Positions 30,259 to 40,390 of a DNA stretch of 64,000 nucleotides are shown here, piece by piece (the stretch's first letter is position 1; each line of letters starts with the position of its first letter). Under the pieces are notes generated by a model. It was not told where the DNA came from. It made no database searches and saw nothing but the letters and a program-made list of their open reading frames with translations. The stretch comes from Nitrososphaerota archaeon (GTDB lineage: Archaea > Thermoproteota > Nitrososphaeria > Nitrososphaerales > Nitrosopumilaceae). Position numbers and translations under genes: made by a program. The stretch is taken from the NCBI GenBank assembly GCA_028867755.1, contig JAGWFT010000001.1, positions 932,727-996,726 of the forward strand, given 5' to 3'.

Positions 30259-30519
30259 ATGCCCTCTTTTCTGGTTAGTGTGATAATAGAGAACAAGCCA
30301 GAAATTGTCGATCCTGAAGGGGATACCATCCTAAATGACCTTATTTTAAAAGACAAAAAGACATCTGTCAAAAAGATTCGTTCAGCCAAGATGCTAAGGT
30401 TTCAGATAGAAGCAAAGAGCAAAGAGCTAGCAGAGAAGGCTGTCATGGATCTGTGCAATGAATTTAGAATATATAATCCGCTAGTAAGCAAGGTCTCAGT
30501 AGACACTTCTCAAATCTAA
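30259..30519 (+). CDS. purS: Phosphoribosylformylglycinamidine synthase subunit PurS
   Basis: VIIENKPEIVDPEGDTI ... IRSAK ... YNPLV. Confidence 0.9.
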   Translation: MPSFLVSVIIENKPEIVDPEGDTILNDLILKDKKTSVKKIRSAKMLRFQIEAKSKELAEKAVMDLCNEFRIYNPLVSKVSVDTSQI

Positions 30520-30968
30520 CTGTTTTTTACAACCTTTCTGTTTAACGCAGTACTGTCTTCCATGGCCCCATCTATGAGAAGCTTGCTGCGAAGGTACTTT
30601 GCCAGATCTGTCTCAGTTATGATGCCGGCAAGCTTACCATTGTCCAAAACTAACAGCCTGCGTATGTTCTTGTTTGTCATTTTTTGTACCGCGTCCTCAA
30701 TAGGTGTCATAGGCTCTACCCATCTAAAGTTTGGAGACATTATCTCTGATAATTGCACTTCGGAGCTTTTCTTATCAGTGGTTGAAACCTTGCGAGCAAG
30801 ATCTCTTTCTGTTACCAACCCTATCGGTGTTCCTTCTTTTACGACCACAAGTGAGCTAATGCCTTTTTCTGCCATCAGTGATGCAACATCTTTTGCTGTC
30901 TTGTCATACTCGATAGTGACTACGTTATGAACCATAATGTCGCGAACTAGGCCCATAGCTAGTACCAA
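30516..30968 (-). CDS. CBS domain pair protein
   Basis: VRDIM..VVT, GLVTERDL, EIMS, IRRLLV..GKLAGIITETDL. Confidence 0.9.
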   Translation of the reverse strand: MVLAMGLVRDIMVHNVVTIEYDKTAKDVASLMAEKGISSLVVVKEGTPIGLVTERDLARKVSTTDKKSSEVQLSEIMSPNFRWVEPMTPIEDAVQKMTNKNIRRLLVLDNGKLAGIITETDLAKYLRSKLLIDGAMEDSTALNRKVVKNS

Positions 30969-31137
30969 AGAGTATTAGAATAAAAACGATGTGTTGCTTT
31001 TTGACTATTAATCTTGTAAACTATTATGAAAATTCCAAGTCGATCTATTTTTCTTACAACAAAATTTCAGTATAGTTTGCAGTTACTTGCTTCGCATACG
31101 TCCTTTTTAATTATCTGAGTTCCGATTTCTTGTACAA

Positions 31138-31183
31138 GAGACTGCGAAGCTACAGTTTCCTACCAAAACTGCTTCGCAGTTTC
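31138..31183. repeat. Intergenic inverted repeat / bulged hairpin
   Basis: ACTGCGAAGC (31141-31150) and GCTTCGCAGT (31171-31180) are exact reverse complements; inner AGTTT/AAACT stem closes a 7-nt loop. Confidence 0.75.
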
Positions 31184-31259
31184 CTATGGTTTATAGCTAG
31201 ACAGGGTTTCAGTGTTGTAAAAAATTGCATCTGCAACAAACAAAAGAGATGATACTGTC

Positions 31260-31880
31260 TTATGTAGGAAAAATGTCAAAACGCCCCATTCTTTTTCTGC
31301 GTTCAATTTCTATCATCAACTTTGTTAGGAACAACCCCGTGACAAATCCTCCCACGTGAGCCATGAATGCTATGGTAAGTGAAGCAAACGAACCTATGAA
31401 TACATACAAAACTTGGATTGCAAGCCAATAGTATCCACGTATGTCTCCTAGTGCAGCTGATACTCCCAGTATTCCAGATATTGCTCCTGATGCACCAATC
31501 AGTATACTATCGCCACTTGATAGTGCATAAGATGAGACAACTCCATGGAGCAGTGCGCCGCCAAGCCCTGCAGCAATGTAAAGTGTTATGAACCGTGGAA
31601 CTCCTATTGATCTTTCTGCAAAGCCTCCCATGTATGCCAAGGCAAAGAGATTGAATGCAATGTGCGCAATGTTTGCATGAATGAACATCGAAGTAAACAG
31701 TCTCAAAAGACTGTCAGATAGTGGAGAGTTGGTGTCACGGAATAATTCATTTGGGATAAAACCATAGCGCGCAATAATGTCATGCTGTGAATTGCTAAGT
31801 ATCCCATAGGCAAAGATCAAGGCATTTATTGTAATCAGTGCGGTGGTGACAGGAGCAGGACGCCCTACTAGTCTTAACAC
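31260..31880 (-). CDS. Rhomboid family intramembrane serine protease
   Basis: RLFTSMFIHANIAHIAFN, IGASGAISG (catalytic Ser), AHVGG (catalytic His). Confidence 0.92.
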   Translation of the reverse strand: MLRLVGRPAPVTTALITINALIFAYGILSNSQHDIIARYGFIPNELFRDTNSPLSDSLLRLFTSMFIHANIAHIAFNLFALAYMGGFAERSIGVPRFITLYIAAGLGGALLHGVVSSYALSSGDSILIGASGAISGILGVSAALGDIRGYYWLAIQVLYVFIGSFASLTIAFMAHVGGFVTGLFLTKLMIEIERRKRMGRFDIFPT

Positions 31881-32027
31881 CCTTTATTGAAATCGGTTAC
31901 ATAATAAATTGTATGAGATAAATTCTAACCAAATCTGCAAAATAAAAAGCGATCGCATTTTTTGATAAAAATCTCCTAAGCTATTTCATCCGATTCGATT
32001 TAATATTGCTAGCAAGTAAGGATACTT

Positions 32028-32708
32028 GTGAGGGTTGCAGTAATAGTTTTTCCTGGCAGTAATTGCGATCGCGACATGCACCATGTCCTAACAGACGTCT
32101 TCAAGCTTGAATCCCAATTAGTATGGCATACCGATAACCTGCCAAACAATATTGATGCAATTGTGCTACCGGGGGGATTTTCTTATGGTGATAGGCTAAG
32201 AGCAGGTGTAATTGCAGCTCATAGTCCAGTTATTGCAGAGGTAAAAAAGATGGCAGAAAAAGGCATGCCAATTCTTGGTGTATGCAATGGATTCCAAATA
32301 TTGACAGAGTCTGGCCTTTTGCCAGGTGCACTTTTAAAAAACACATCTCTTAGCTACATCTGTAAATGGACTGAGATAATTGTCAAGAACAATAAAACCC
32401 CATTTACAAACCGGTTCAAACCAAACCAAAGAATTCCTATTGCCATTGCAAATGGTGAGGGGAGATACTATGCAGACAAGAAAACACTAGAGTCACTGAA
32501 GAAAAATAATCAGATTGTTTTTGCTTATGCCGAAGATATCAATGGCGCTACAATGAAGATTGCAGGAATATGTAACAAGGAAGGAAATGTTGTTGGGATG
32601 ATGCCGCATCCAGAAAGATCAGCTGAACAAATCCTAAACCCAAGTGATGCCAAGCCTGCCTCGTTGATCTTCGAATCATTGCTAAAGACTCTGGGTGTTA
32701 CTGCATGA
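32028..32708 (+). CDS. purQ: FGAM synthase glutaminase subunit
   Basis: FPGSNCDRD, PGGFSYGD, GVCNGFQIL, MMPHPER. Confidence 0.97.
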   Translation: MRVAVIVFPGSNCDRDMHHVLTDVFKLESQLVWHTDNLPNNIDAIVLPGGFSYGDRLRAGVIAAHSPVIAEVKKMAEKGMPILGVCNGFQILTESGLLPGALLKNTSLSYICKWTEIIVKNNKTPFTNRFKPNQRIPIAIANGEGRYYADKKTLESLKKNNQIVFAYAEDINGATMKIAGICNKEGNVVGMMPHPERSAEQILNPSDAKPASLIFESLLKTLGVTA

Positions 32709-34870
32709 GTCTGACTCCTCAAGAGTCAGAATATCTTGAAAAAAAGATAGGACGAAAACCAAATCATGTGGAGACCCAAATAGTTGCAGCAGAATGGTCA
32801 GAGCACTGCTCTTACAAGTCATCAAAAAAACACCTAAAAATTCTTCCACGGCAAGGCAAAAGAGTCATCTCAGGTCCTGGATACGATTCTGGTGTACTTG
32901 ATGTGGGTGATGGATATGTTGTCACAGTACACATTGAGAGTCATAATCACCCGTCTGCAGTAGAACCGTATGGTGGTGCAGCAACAGGAGTTGGCGGTGT
33001 GATACGAGATATCCTGTCTGCTGGTACAAGACCAATTGCAATTTTGGATGGTCTTCGATTTGGCGATATTGAAAAAGATATGCACGCAAGATGGCTTTTC
33101 AAAAATGCTGTCAGGGGAATTGCCGATTATGGAAATTGTTTGGGAATACCTACTATTGGTGGTGAAATAGAGTTTGACAAATGCTTTACCAACTATGCAC
33201 TAGTAGATGTGGCCTCTGTAGGTTTTGGTAAAAAAGAAAGGCTCATCCAAAACAGAGCCGACAAGGGTGATTTTGTAGTGTTGCTTGGAGGTTCTACGGG
33301 AAGAGATGGCGTCGGAGGCTCACAGTTTGCATCCGACAAGCTAGAGTCAGAAAATCGTTCTGCTGTACAAATCCCTGATCCGTTCATTGAAAAATTAGTA
33401 ATTGAGGCAATTCTTGATGCTAGGAATCAGAACTGTATCAAGGCAATGAAAGACTTGGGGGGTGGTGGGCTTTCTTGCGCCATTTCAGAAACAGCAGATG
33501 CTTTGTCAGTTGGCATAGATCTTGACCTGTCTTTGGTTCATAAAAGAGAACAAAACATGTCTCCAACTGAACTGATGATATCTGAATCACAGGAAAGAAT
33601 GCTTGTAATTACATCTCATGAAAAGCTTGAAACTCTAAAAAAAATATGTGAAAAATTCCACGTGCCATGCTCTGTTATCGGTAGAATAACTGACGACAAA
33701 ATGATGGAAGTCAGATCTGAAAAAAATATTATTGCTAAACTGCCAAGCGATGTGGTTGCAAATGCACCGCTTCTTGACAGGCCTTCAAGTGTGCCCAAAT
33801 ATCTAAAAAATATTTCTTCTGTAGAAAAACCAAAAACTCCAAAAAACCTATCTCAAACAATTCTAAAGATGCTCTCAAACCCAAATATTGCAAGCAAGCA
33901 CTGGGTCTATACGCAGTATGATCACGAGGTTGGAATTCGTACTGTGGTCAAGCCTGGAAACGATGCCTCTGTACTGAGGCTTGATAATGGAAAATTTTTG
34001 TCAGTCAAGATAGATGGAAATTCCAAGCACTGCTACGTTAACCCAAGACAAGGAGTAATAGGATGCTTTGATGAAGCCTGCAGAAATGTGATCTGTACTG
34101 GTGCAACACCAATAGGAATGGTTGACCACCTGCAGTTTGGAAACCCTGAAGACCCGCAAATATTTTGGACATTCAAAGAATCAGTAGAAGGAATTACAGA
34201 GTATGCCAAGTATTTTGAGATTCCATGTGTGGGGGGAAAGGTGAGTTTGTACAACGAGACTGATAATGGCCCAATCAAACCAACTCCATTGATAGGAATT
34301 CTTGGTCTGATTGAAAGTAAACCATTGATACCAAAGAAAGCAGAAAAAAACGACCTTGTCGTCATGGTGGGCCTCACAAAGGACGAACTTGGAGGATCAG
34401 AGTATTACGAATACATTCATGACATTATTGGAGGCAAGTGTCCCACTGTAGATATGAGCTCATCCAAGGCCAACCAAGCTGCAGTCTTGGAAGTAATACC
34501 TCAAGACCTAGTAAAGTCTGTACATGACTGCTCAAAAGGAGGAGTCGGAGTTGCAATATCAGAAACTTGCATAAAAAATGAGATTGGCTGCAATGTTTTA
34601 TTAAATAAAATTCCGTCTGAGAATCTCAGGCATGATGAGTTGCTTTTCTCAGAGTCACATTCTAGATTCTTGCTGATAGTTGACCCCTCGAAGATCAAAA
34701 AAGTCAAGTCGATTCTAGAAAAAAGAGGAGTTCAAAATGAAATCATAGGCAAGTTTTCAGGCCGTAATATTACATTTAAGGACAAAACCAAGTTGGTTGC
34801 AAGTGTAAGGGTTGATAAAGCACAAGAAAAATGGTTAAACTCGTTGGGGTCATTGGTCGGTCATGGTTAA
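32705..34870 (+). CDS. purL: FGAM synthase synthetase subunit
   Basis: WSEHCSYKSS, ESHNHPSAVEPYGGAATGVGGVIRDI, DLGGGGL, SESQERM, HDCSKGG. Confidence 0.97.
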   Translation: MSLTPQESEYLEKKIGRKPNHVETQIVAAEWSEHCSYKSSKKHLKILPRQGKRVISGPGYDSGVLDVGDGYVVTVHIESHNHPSAVEPYGGAATGVGGVIRDILSAGTRPIAILDGLRFGDIEKDMHARWLFKNAVRGIADYGNCLGIPTIGGEIEFDKCFTNYALVDVASVGFGKKERLIQNRADKGDFVVLLGGSTGRDGVGGSQFASDKLESENRSAVQIPDPFIEKLVIEAILDARNQNCIKAMKDLGGGGLSCAISETADALSVGIDLDLSLVHKREQNMSPTELMISESQERMLVITSHEKLETLKKICEKFHVPCSVIGRITDDKMMEVRSEKNIIAKLPSDVVANAPLLDRPSSVPKYLKNISSVEKPKTPKNLSQTILKMLSNPNIASKHWVYTQYDHEVGIRTVVKPGNDASVLRLDNGKFLSVKIDGNSKHCYVNPRQGVIGCFDEACRNVICTGATPIGMVDHLQFGNPEDPQIFWTFKESVEGITEYAKYFEIPCVGGKVSLYNETDNGPIKPTPLIGILGLIESKPLIPKKAEKNDLVVMVGLTKDELGGSEYYEYIHDIIGGKCPTVDMSSSKANQAAVLEVIPQDLVKSVHDCSKGGVGVAISETCIKNEIGCNVLLNKIPSENLRHDELLFSESHSRFLLIVDPSKIKKVKSILEKRGVQNEIIGKFSGRNITFKDKTKLVASVRVDKAQEKWLNSLGSLVGHG

Positions 34871-36299
34871 AGAAAACTGTGGTGTAGTGGGAATCTTCAG
34901 CCTGGATGGAGTAAATGTTATCCCAATGGTTATTGATGCATTGCGTGCACTGCAACACAGGGGCCAAGAAGCTTGGGGTGTTGCAGTTCCAAAAAAACAG
35001 CCATTCAAACAACTAGGGCTTGTATCTTCTGCAGTATCAGAATTTGACAAGATAACACGTGATTATGTTTCTCCTGCAGCAATAGGCCATGTCAGATATT
35101 CAACTATTGGTAAAAGTAACTTGGAAAATGCCCAACCGCTCAAAGTCAAGGATCTATGCATTGCCCATAATGGTACAATATCTAACGTTGAAGAGTTGGC
35201 AGGAATGGTAGGAGGATGCACATTTACCCCACAAAATGCAAGTGATACGCTTGTTGCAGCACAAAGACTAGTCTCACTCATGTCAGAAAATGGAAAACTA
35301 GGAAATGCTCTCTCAATTCTAAAAAACGAGATGGTTGGCTCGTTTTGTTTTACTTTTGTTTCTGACGATAATGCGGTATACGCCGCACGTGACCCAAGGG
35401 GATTCAGACCCATGGTTATAGGGCACAGAAAAGATAACAACACATACATCGTGGCGTCAGAATCAGTGGCCCTCTCTGCAGTGGGCGCACAGCTTGTAAG
35501 AGATGTAAAGCCAGGTGAGCTTGTAAAAATAAGCAACACGGGTCTCGAGTCTGAGATGTTTTCTGAAGCAATAAAGCCTGCCCATTGTTCTTTTGAGTTT
35601 ACTTATTTTGCACACCCGTCAAGTGTGATGGAAGATTCCAATATCTACGTGGCACGAAAAAGAATTGGGCAATTTCTAGCAAGAAAATACCCAATAAAGG
35701 ATGCAGACATTGTTGTCCCAGTTCCTGATTCTGCAAGGCCTGCTGCACTCGGGTATGCACAAGAGCTCGGAGTTCCATTTGAAGAGGGGCTACTCAAGGA
35801 TAGATACAGCAGAAAGGGCCCACTGCGTAGTTTCATTGAGCCGCATCAAAGTGACAGAGTTGAAATCAATCGATGGATTATTCCAATTACTCAGGTAATC
35901 AGCGGTAAACATGTTGTAGTAGTTGACGACAGTCTTGTAAGAGGTACAAGCTCAAAAGCAATTATCAAGGCTCTAAGACGAGCAGGCGCTAGAAAAATCA
36001 GCATGGTTATCACTTTTCCTCAAATAAAATTCCCATGTTATGCAGGAATTGACTTTCCGTCACAAGACGAGCTGGTTACATATCTTGGTGACGATAAAGA
36101 TTACACTGAAGCAGAAATTACAGAAAAAGTCAGACAGCTAATAGGTGCAGACTTTCTTGGATATAATGATTCTAAGAATCTTGCAGACGCTGTGGGCATG
36201 GACCACAGTTCCATGTGCTTTACGTGCTATTCTGGTGATTATTCCACTTTGGGAATAAAACCGACATTTAAGAGCAGAGCGGAGATCAAGGGTGAATAG
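34863..36299 (+). CDS. purF: Amidophosphoribosyltransferase
   Basis: ENCGVVG Ntn start, LQHRGQE, GHVRYST, VVVDDSLVRGTS PRPP motif, Fe-S cysteines. Confidence 0.97.
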   Translation: MVKENCGVVGIFSLDGVNVIPMVIDALRALQHRGQEAWGVAVPKKQPFKQLGLVSSAVSEFDKITRDYVSPAAIGHVRYSTIGKSNLENAQPLKVKDLCIAHNGTISNVEELAGMVGGCTFTPQNASDTLVAAQRLVSLMSENGKLGNALSILKNEMVGSFCFTFVSDDNAVYAARDPRGFRPMVIGHRKDNNTYIVASESVALSAVGAQLVRDVKPGELVKISNTGLESEMFSEAIKPAHCSFEFTYFAHPSSVMEDSNIYVARKRIGQFLARKYPIKDADIVVPVPDSARPAALGYAQELGVPFEEGLLKDRYSRKGPLRSFIEPHQSDRVEINRWIIPITQVISGKHVVVVDDSLVRGTSSKAIIKALRRAGARKISMVITFPQIKFPCYAGIDFPSQDELVTYLGDDKDYTEAEITEKVRQLIGADFLGYNDSKNLADAVGMDHSSMCFTCYSGDYSTLGIKPTFKSRAEIKGE

Positions 36300-36301
36300 A
36301 T

Positions 36302-36547
36302 TTGGAGATAGCATTTGTTCTTGTAAAAAGCAAGATGGGCCATGAAATGGAAGTATTAAATGCACTATTGAAGATCGAGGGAGTAAAAGAAGTGATGGGA
36401 ACATACGGGCAATACGACATTTTTGCCAAAGTTCAAGTGCCAACTGAGGACCAAATTGAAAAAATAATCACCAAAAAAATACGTCAAATACCGCATGTAG
36501 TTTCCACTACCACCTTGCCTGTCATTCCAGGTCAAGGCGAAAAATAG
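36302..36547 (+). CDS. Stand-alone Lrp/AsnC ligand-binding domain protein
   Basis: AFVLVK..GHEMEV..L.KIEGVKEV..TYGQYDIFAKV...IRQIPHVVSTTTL. Confidence 0.85.
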   Translation: MEIAFVLVKSKMGHEMEVLNALLKIEGVKEVMGTYGQYDIFAKVQVPTEDQIEKIITKKIRQIPHVVSTTTLPVIPGQGEK

Positions 36548-36621
36548 ATAATTTCCTTCTAAACGTTCCTGTATCTGAAAAGTATATCAGTTTAAATCCG
36601 AGTCAGTCCAATGACGCCTGA

Positions 36622-37449
36622 TTGAGGTTTCTACGCTCAGGCAAGGTTAAAGACATATACGAAGTAGACGACAAGCATGTCTTATTTCATTTTTCAGACA
36701 GGGTTTCTGCATTTGACGTAAAATTTCCTACTCCAATACCGAGAAAGGGCGAGGTTCTTTGCAAGTTTGCCGAGTTTTGGTTCAAAAAACTTGCAGTCAA
36801 AAACCATTATGTAAGAACAGAGGCAAAGGACAAGATAGTTGTTAAAAAGATGGCCATGATGCCAATCGAGTGCGTTGTTCGCGGATATTTCTATGGCAGC
36901 CTGATTCAAAGGTGGAAAGAGGGCGAAGTGAAACTTCCGGAAGGTGCAGACACCAGGATTGCAGCAAAACTTTCAACGCCAATCTTTGATCCAACAACAA
37001 AGTCAGAAACTCATGATGTTCCAATAACTAGGGATGATGCATTGGCAAAAAACCTTGCAAGTGCTGCTGAATATGATTGGCTAGAAAAAACCTCGCTTGA
37101 GATTTATCACGCAATGTCTGGCATTGCAGATAAGGCAGGATTCATCCTGGCTGACCTGAAGATGGAATTTGGAAAGATAGGAAACGAGATTATCCTGGGT
37201 GATTCTATTGGTCCTGATGAATATCGCATGTGGCCAAAAGAGTTGTACGCTGTAGGAAAGATTCAGGAAAGCTATGACAAGCAACTATTGCGTGACTGGC
37301 TTGCAGCTCGAGGACTGCAACAAAAGTTTGAAGATGAAAGAAAGAAAGGCATCGAGCCTGTTGCACCTGCATTGCCACCTGAGATGTGCAACGAATTGTC
37401 CTCTAGATACCTAACTTCATACGAGCGCATTACTGGAACTCGTCTTTAA
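36622..37449 (+). CDS. purC: SAICAR synthetase
   Basis: SGKVKDIYE, DRVSAFD, PIECVVRGY, PTTK, LADLKMEFG, DSIGPDEYR.W, DKQLLRDW. Confidence 0.96.
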   Translation: MRFLRSGKVKDIYEVDDKHVLFHFSDRVSAFDVKFPTPIPRKGEVLCKFAEFWFKKLAVKNHYVRTEAKDKIVVKKMAMMPIECVVRGYFYGSLIQRWKEGEVKLPEGADTRIAAKLSTPIFDPTTKSETHDVPITRDDALAKNLASAAEYDWLEKTSLEIYHAMSGIADKAGFILADLKMEFGKIGNEIILGDSIGPDEYRMWPKELYAVGKIQESYDKQLLRDWLAARGLQQKFEDERKKGIEPVAPALPPEMCNELSSRYLTSYERITGTRL

Positions 37450-37462
37450 CTCGAATTTTGTT

Positions 37463-37564
37463 TTAGGCCATAATGCAAAACCTGTCAATCCATGCTGTTT
37501 TTTTCTGCTCCAAGGAAATCTTTTTCCAAAAAAGCAGATTTTTTCCTTTTTCTACTTTTATCAT
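37463..37564 (-). CDS. Possible 33-aa microprotein
   Basis: MIKVEKGKNLLFWKKISLEQKKTAWIDRFCIMA*; TATA-like TTATTATAT just upstream on the minus strand. Confidence 0.3.
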   Translation of the reverse strand: MIKVEKGKNLLFWKKISLEQKKTAWIDRFCIMA

Positions 37565-37761
37565 ACCGTTACGATATGTGATATAATAATACTAGATATA
37601 TCATAATAGTACAAGTTGTATAGTTATGGTATCACTAAAGTTATAATAAAAGGAGAAAATTAGGACTCTTCCAATTATTATGACGTGAAAATAAATCACG
37701 TATTGGACAACAAAATGTGATCTCATGATCTTTTAGGTTGTTTTAAAACTAAAATCAGGAA

Positions 37762-38295
37762 ATGTCGACTTTACTGCAAAAAGAAATCAAGATAAACAAA
37801 ATTCTTGCCACTAATATGGAACAAGCAAAAGCCCTCGATGACCAGGCTCGACTTAGAATCCTGAAGATATTATATCACAAGCAACTTTCAACAGAGCAAA
37901 TTGTAGCAGAGTTGCACAAAGATGGATACAAGAAAGCTACCACTACAATAAGGCATCATTTGGATATTCTAAAAGAAGCTGGATTGATAGAAATTGTAAA
38001 GATGGAAGAAATTAGGGGAGCGGTTCTAAAATATTATGGAACTACAGTGCGGGTTTTTGGACACAAGCTTCCGCCAAATTTTGAAAATGAATTTTCAAAA
38101 ACAATTGCAGATACGTCGGTTAAACTAGAAAAGGTAATCAAAAACATAGCACAGAACGCCGGCTCAAAAATGAAGAAAAAAAATTCATCAAAAAATAATT
38201 CAGAGCCAAACTATGAAGAATACATCTTGGTTGAAATTGTAAACAGGGCAATGGCCAAAGTATTCGAAGACAACGGTTCCATGGTTCAAAAGTAA
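37762..38295 (+). CDS. ArsR-like winged-helix transcriptional regulator
   Basis: ALDDQARLRILKIL..KQLSTEQI...TTIRHHLDILKEAGLIEIV...GAVLKYY. Confidence 0.88.
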   Translation: MSTLLQKEIKINKILATNMEQAKALDDQARLRILKILYHKQLSTEQIVAELHKDGYKKATTTIRHHLDILKEAGLIEIVKMEEIRGAVLKYYGTTVRVFGHKLPPNFENEFSKTIADTSVKLEKVIKNIAQNAGSKMKKKNSSKNNSEPNYEEYILVEIVNRAMAKVFEDNGSMVQK

Positions 38296-38296
38296 T

Positions 38297-38713
38297 TCAT
38301 ACCACTTCTATTGCAAAGACACCTTTTGTTTCAGGACTTTGCAGAATCTTTATCATCTTTCTTGGAATCATGTCAGACGCCAAATCACAATTAGTGGCCA
38401 GAGTTCTCGGGCACACAAAAGCGCTTTTTCTAATTACGATATCATGAGGATTTGTCAGAGTCAACTTGTCATTTCCTCTGCCTTTTACTTTGAACGTAAA
38501 ATCCTTCACTGTGATTGTACAACTAACATGAGATTTTGAATTTTGCAAAAGTTGCTTCATTTTTTCTGGAATGTCGTTGCATCCAGAGCTTGCACTTACT
38601 CCGATGATGCAGTCACCATTTACTGTAAGATTTGACTCTGTTGTTATCTCAATTGTTTTTGGATGAAGTGATCTTATGTTTTCATGACCATAGAAAGGGA
38701 TCTCAAAACGCAT
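38297..38713 (-). CDS. DUF371 family protein
   Basis: GHENIRSLHPKTIEIT....LT..GDCIIGV; IVIRKSAFVCPRTLA..DLAS. Confidence 0.88.
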   Translation of the reverse strand: MRFEIPFYGHENIRSLHPKTIEITTESNLTVNGDCIIGVSASSGCNDIPEKMKQLLQNSKSHVSCTITVKDFTFKVKGRGNDKLTLTNPHDIVIRKSAFVCPRTLATNCDLASDMIPRKMIKILQSPETKGVFAIEVV

Positions 38714-38765
38714 GATCTGTCACTTGTATAAACTTAAATTAAACCTTCAAAGGTAGAATTTTGAA

Positions 38766-39506
38766 ATGCTTCCAGCAGCAGCAGGTTATGATAGAGCAAT
38801 TACTGTGTTTTCTCCTGACGGTAGACTTTACCAAGTAGAGTATGCAATTGAGACCGTAAGAAGAGGCACTCTTGCAATCGGAGTTAAATGCAAAGAGGGA
38901 ATTGTCTTGGCAGTTGAAGAAAAGCCAAGAAAGCTACAAAATTCTGATATTACACAAAAAATATTCCAAGTCGACGATCACATTGGGGTAGCAGCAGCAG
39001 GATACATTCCTGATGCAAGATCTCAGGTAGACAACGCTCGATTCTTTTCACAGAGTAACAGGATGATCTACGATGAACCAATCGAGGTCGAATCAGTTGC
39101 AAAGCATCTTGCTGACCAATGTCAACAATTTACCCAGTATGCAGGTGTAAGACCATTTGGTGTTGCGCTGATAATTGCAGGCATTGACAAAAGCGGCAGT
39201 ACAATTTACCTAACTGACCCAAGTGGCACCTACATTTCCTATGATGCAGTTGCAATAGGCGCAGGCGCAGATCAGGTAACCGAGTATCTTGAAAAGTTTT
39301 ACAAAAGAGATATGGCACTTGATGATGCAGCAGCACTTGCAATAGAATCGATATATCTTGTAAGCGAAGAAAAAGAAGGAGTCAAACACATCAAAATGGC
39401 TCAGATTCTAAATGAATCCAAAGTCATGACAAGAACTGCTGAAAAAGATATTGAAAAGTATGCCGTTAAAGCCAAAGATAACATTTCAAAAAGACAGCAA
39501 AAGTAA
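38766..39506 (+). CDS. psmA: Proteasome subunit alpha
   Basis: YDRAITVFSPDGRLYQVEYA, RPFGVALIIAG, TDPSG. Confidence 0.97.
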   Translation: MLPAAAGYDRAITVFSPDGRLYQVEYAIETVRRGTLAIGVKCKEGIVLAVEEKPRKLQNSDITQKIFQVDDHIGVAAAGYIPDARSQVDNARFFSQSNRMIYDEPIEVESVAKHLADQCQQFTQYAGVRPFGVALIIAGIDKSGSTIYLTDPSGTYISYDAVAIGAGADQVTEYLEKFYKRDMALDDAAALAIESIYLVSEEKEGVKHIKMAQILNESKVMTRTAEKDIEKYAVKAKDNISKRQQK

Positions 39507-39545
39507 CATCTAGTATTTTATAACGCACCCAAGTTATTTGCAATA

Positions 39546-40361
39546 TTGAAAATATCCGTAGCCATTCCAGACTCCTCATTAAGTGAAGAGCCCTCGCCTA
39601 TGGGAAAGGCGTTAAAAATCTCTGAGATTGCACGTGCCTGTGCCGTCTTTCGTGTAAAGACAATCTATCTGTACCATGAAGCTGATGGTAGAGATAGTGA
39701 CAGGTCACTTTTGCGTACCACCTTGCGTTTTCTTGAAACCCCACAGTACCTCCGTAGAGCAATGTATAGAAAAACAGACGAGCTTCAGTTTGCAGGCAGT
39801 CTTAGCCCTCTTAAGATCCCATCTCATGTGCAAACTCCAGACCCTCACAAGATAAAACAAGGTGATGTTCGTGATGGGGTTGTTGTTTTTGCCAGAGGAA
39901 AAAAATTTGTCGATGTTGGATTTGAACAGTTCATTCCGTATTATGGACCTGATGAAGTAGGAAAAAGGATCACAGTTCAGTTCAAAGAGGAATTTCCAAA
40001 TCTTTCCGTAAAACAGATCAGACGGGAAGAGATCAAACAGTATTGGGGATATGAAGTCAAAGAGGCATCTGGCCTGAGCAATGTTCTTTCTGCTTGGGAT
40101 TCTTTTGTCATATTTACATCAAGAAAAGGAAAACTTATTCATAAAACTCAAAAGTATTTCCAAGAGATTTCAAATTCCGAGGTGCTTGTGGTGTTTGGTT
40201 CTCCAAAAAGAGGGGTGCACGAGATTCTAGGAAAAGCATTAGGAAATGTTCCAAAATCGCAGATCTTAAACTTCTTTCCAGATCAAGCTACTGAAACAGT
40301 CAGACTTGAAGAAGCAATACTTGGGACACTTGCGATCTTAAACATATTGTCACGTAACTAG
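39546..40361 (+). CDS. SPOUT RNA methyltransferase (DUF171 family)
   Basis: IARACAVFRV, TPQYLRR, YWGYEV, VVFGSPKRG, Q.TETVRLEEAI; usual archaeal position before rpl3. Confidence 0.9.
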   Translation: MKISVAIPDSSLSEEPSPMGKALKISEIARACAVFRVKTIYLYHEADGRDSDRSLLRTTLRFLETPQYLRRAMYRKTDELQFAGSLSPLKIPSHVQTPDPHKIKQGDVRDGVVVFARGKKFVDVGFEQFIPYYGPDEVGKRITVQFKEEFPNLSVKQIRREEIKQYWGYEVKEASGLSNVLSAWDSFVIFTSRKGKLIHKTQKYFQEISNSEVLVVFGSPKRGVHEILGKALGNVPKSQILNFFPDQATETVRLEEAILGTLAILNILSRN

Positions 40362-40390
40362 TTTTAATATTCCATAATGCAAACGATCTG

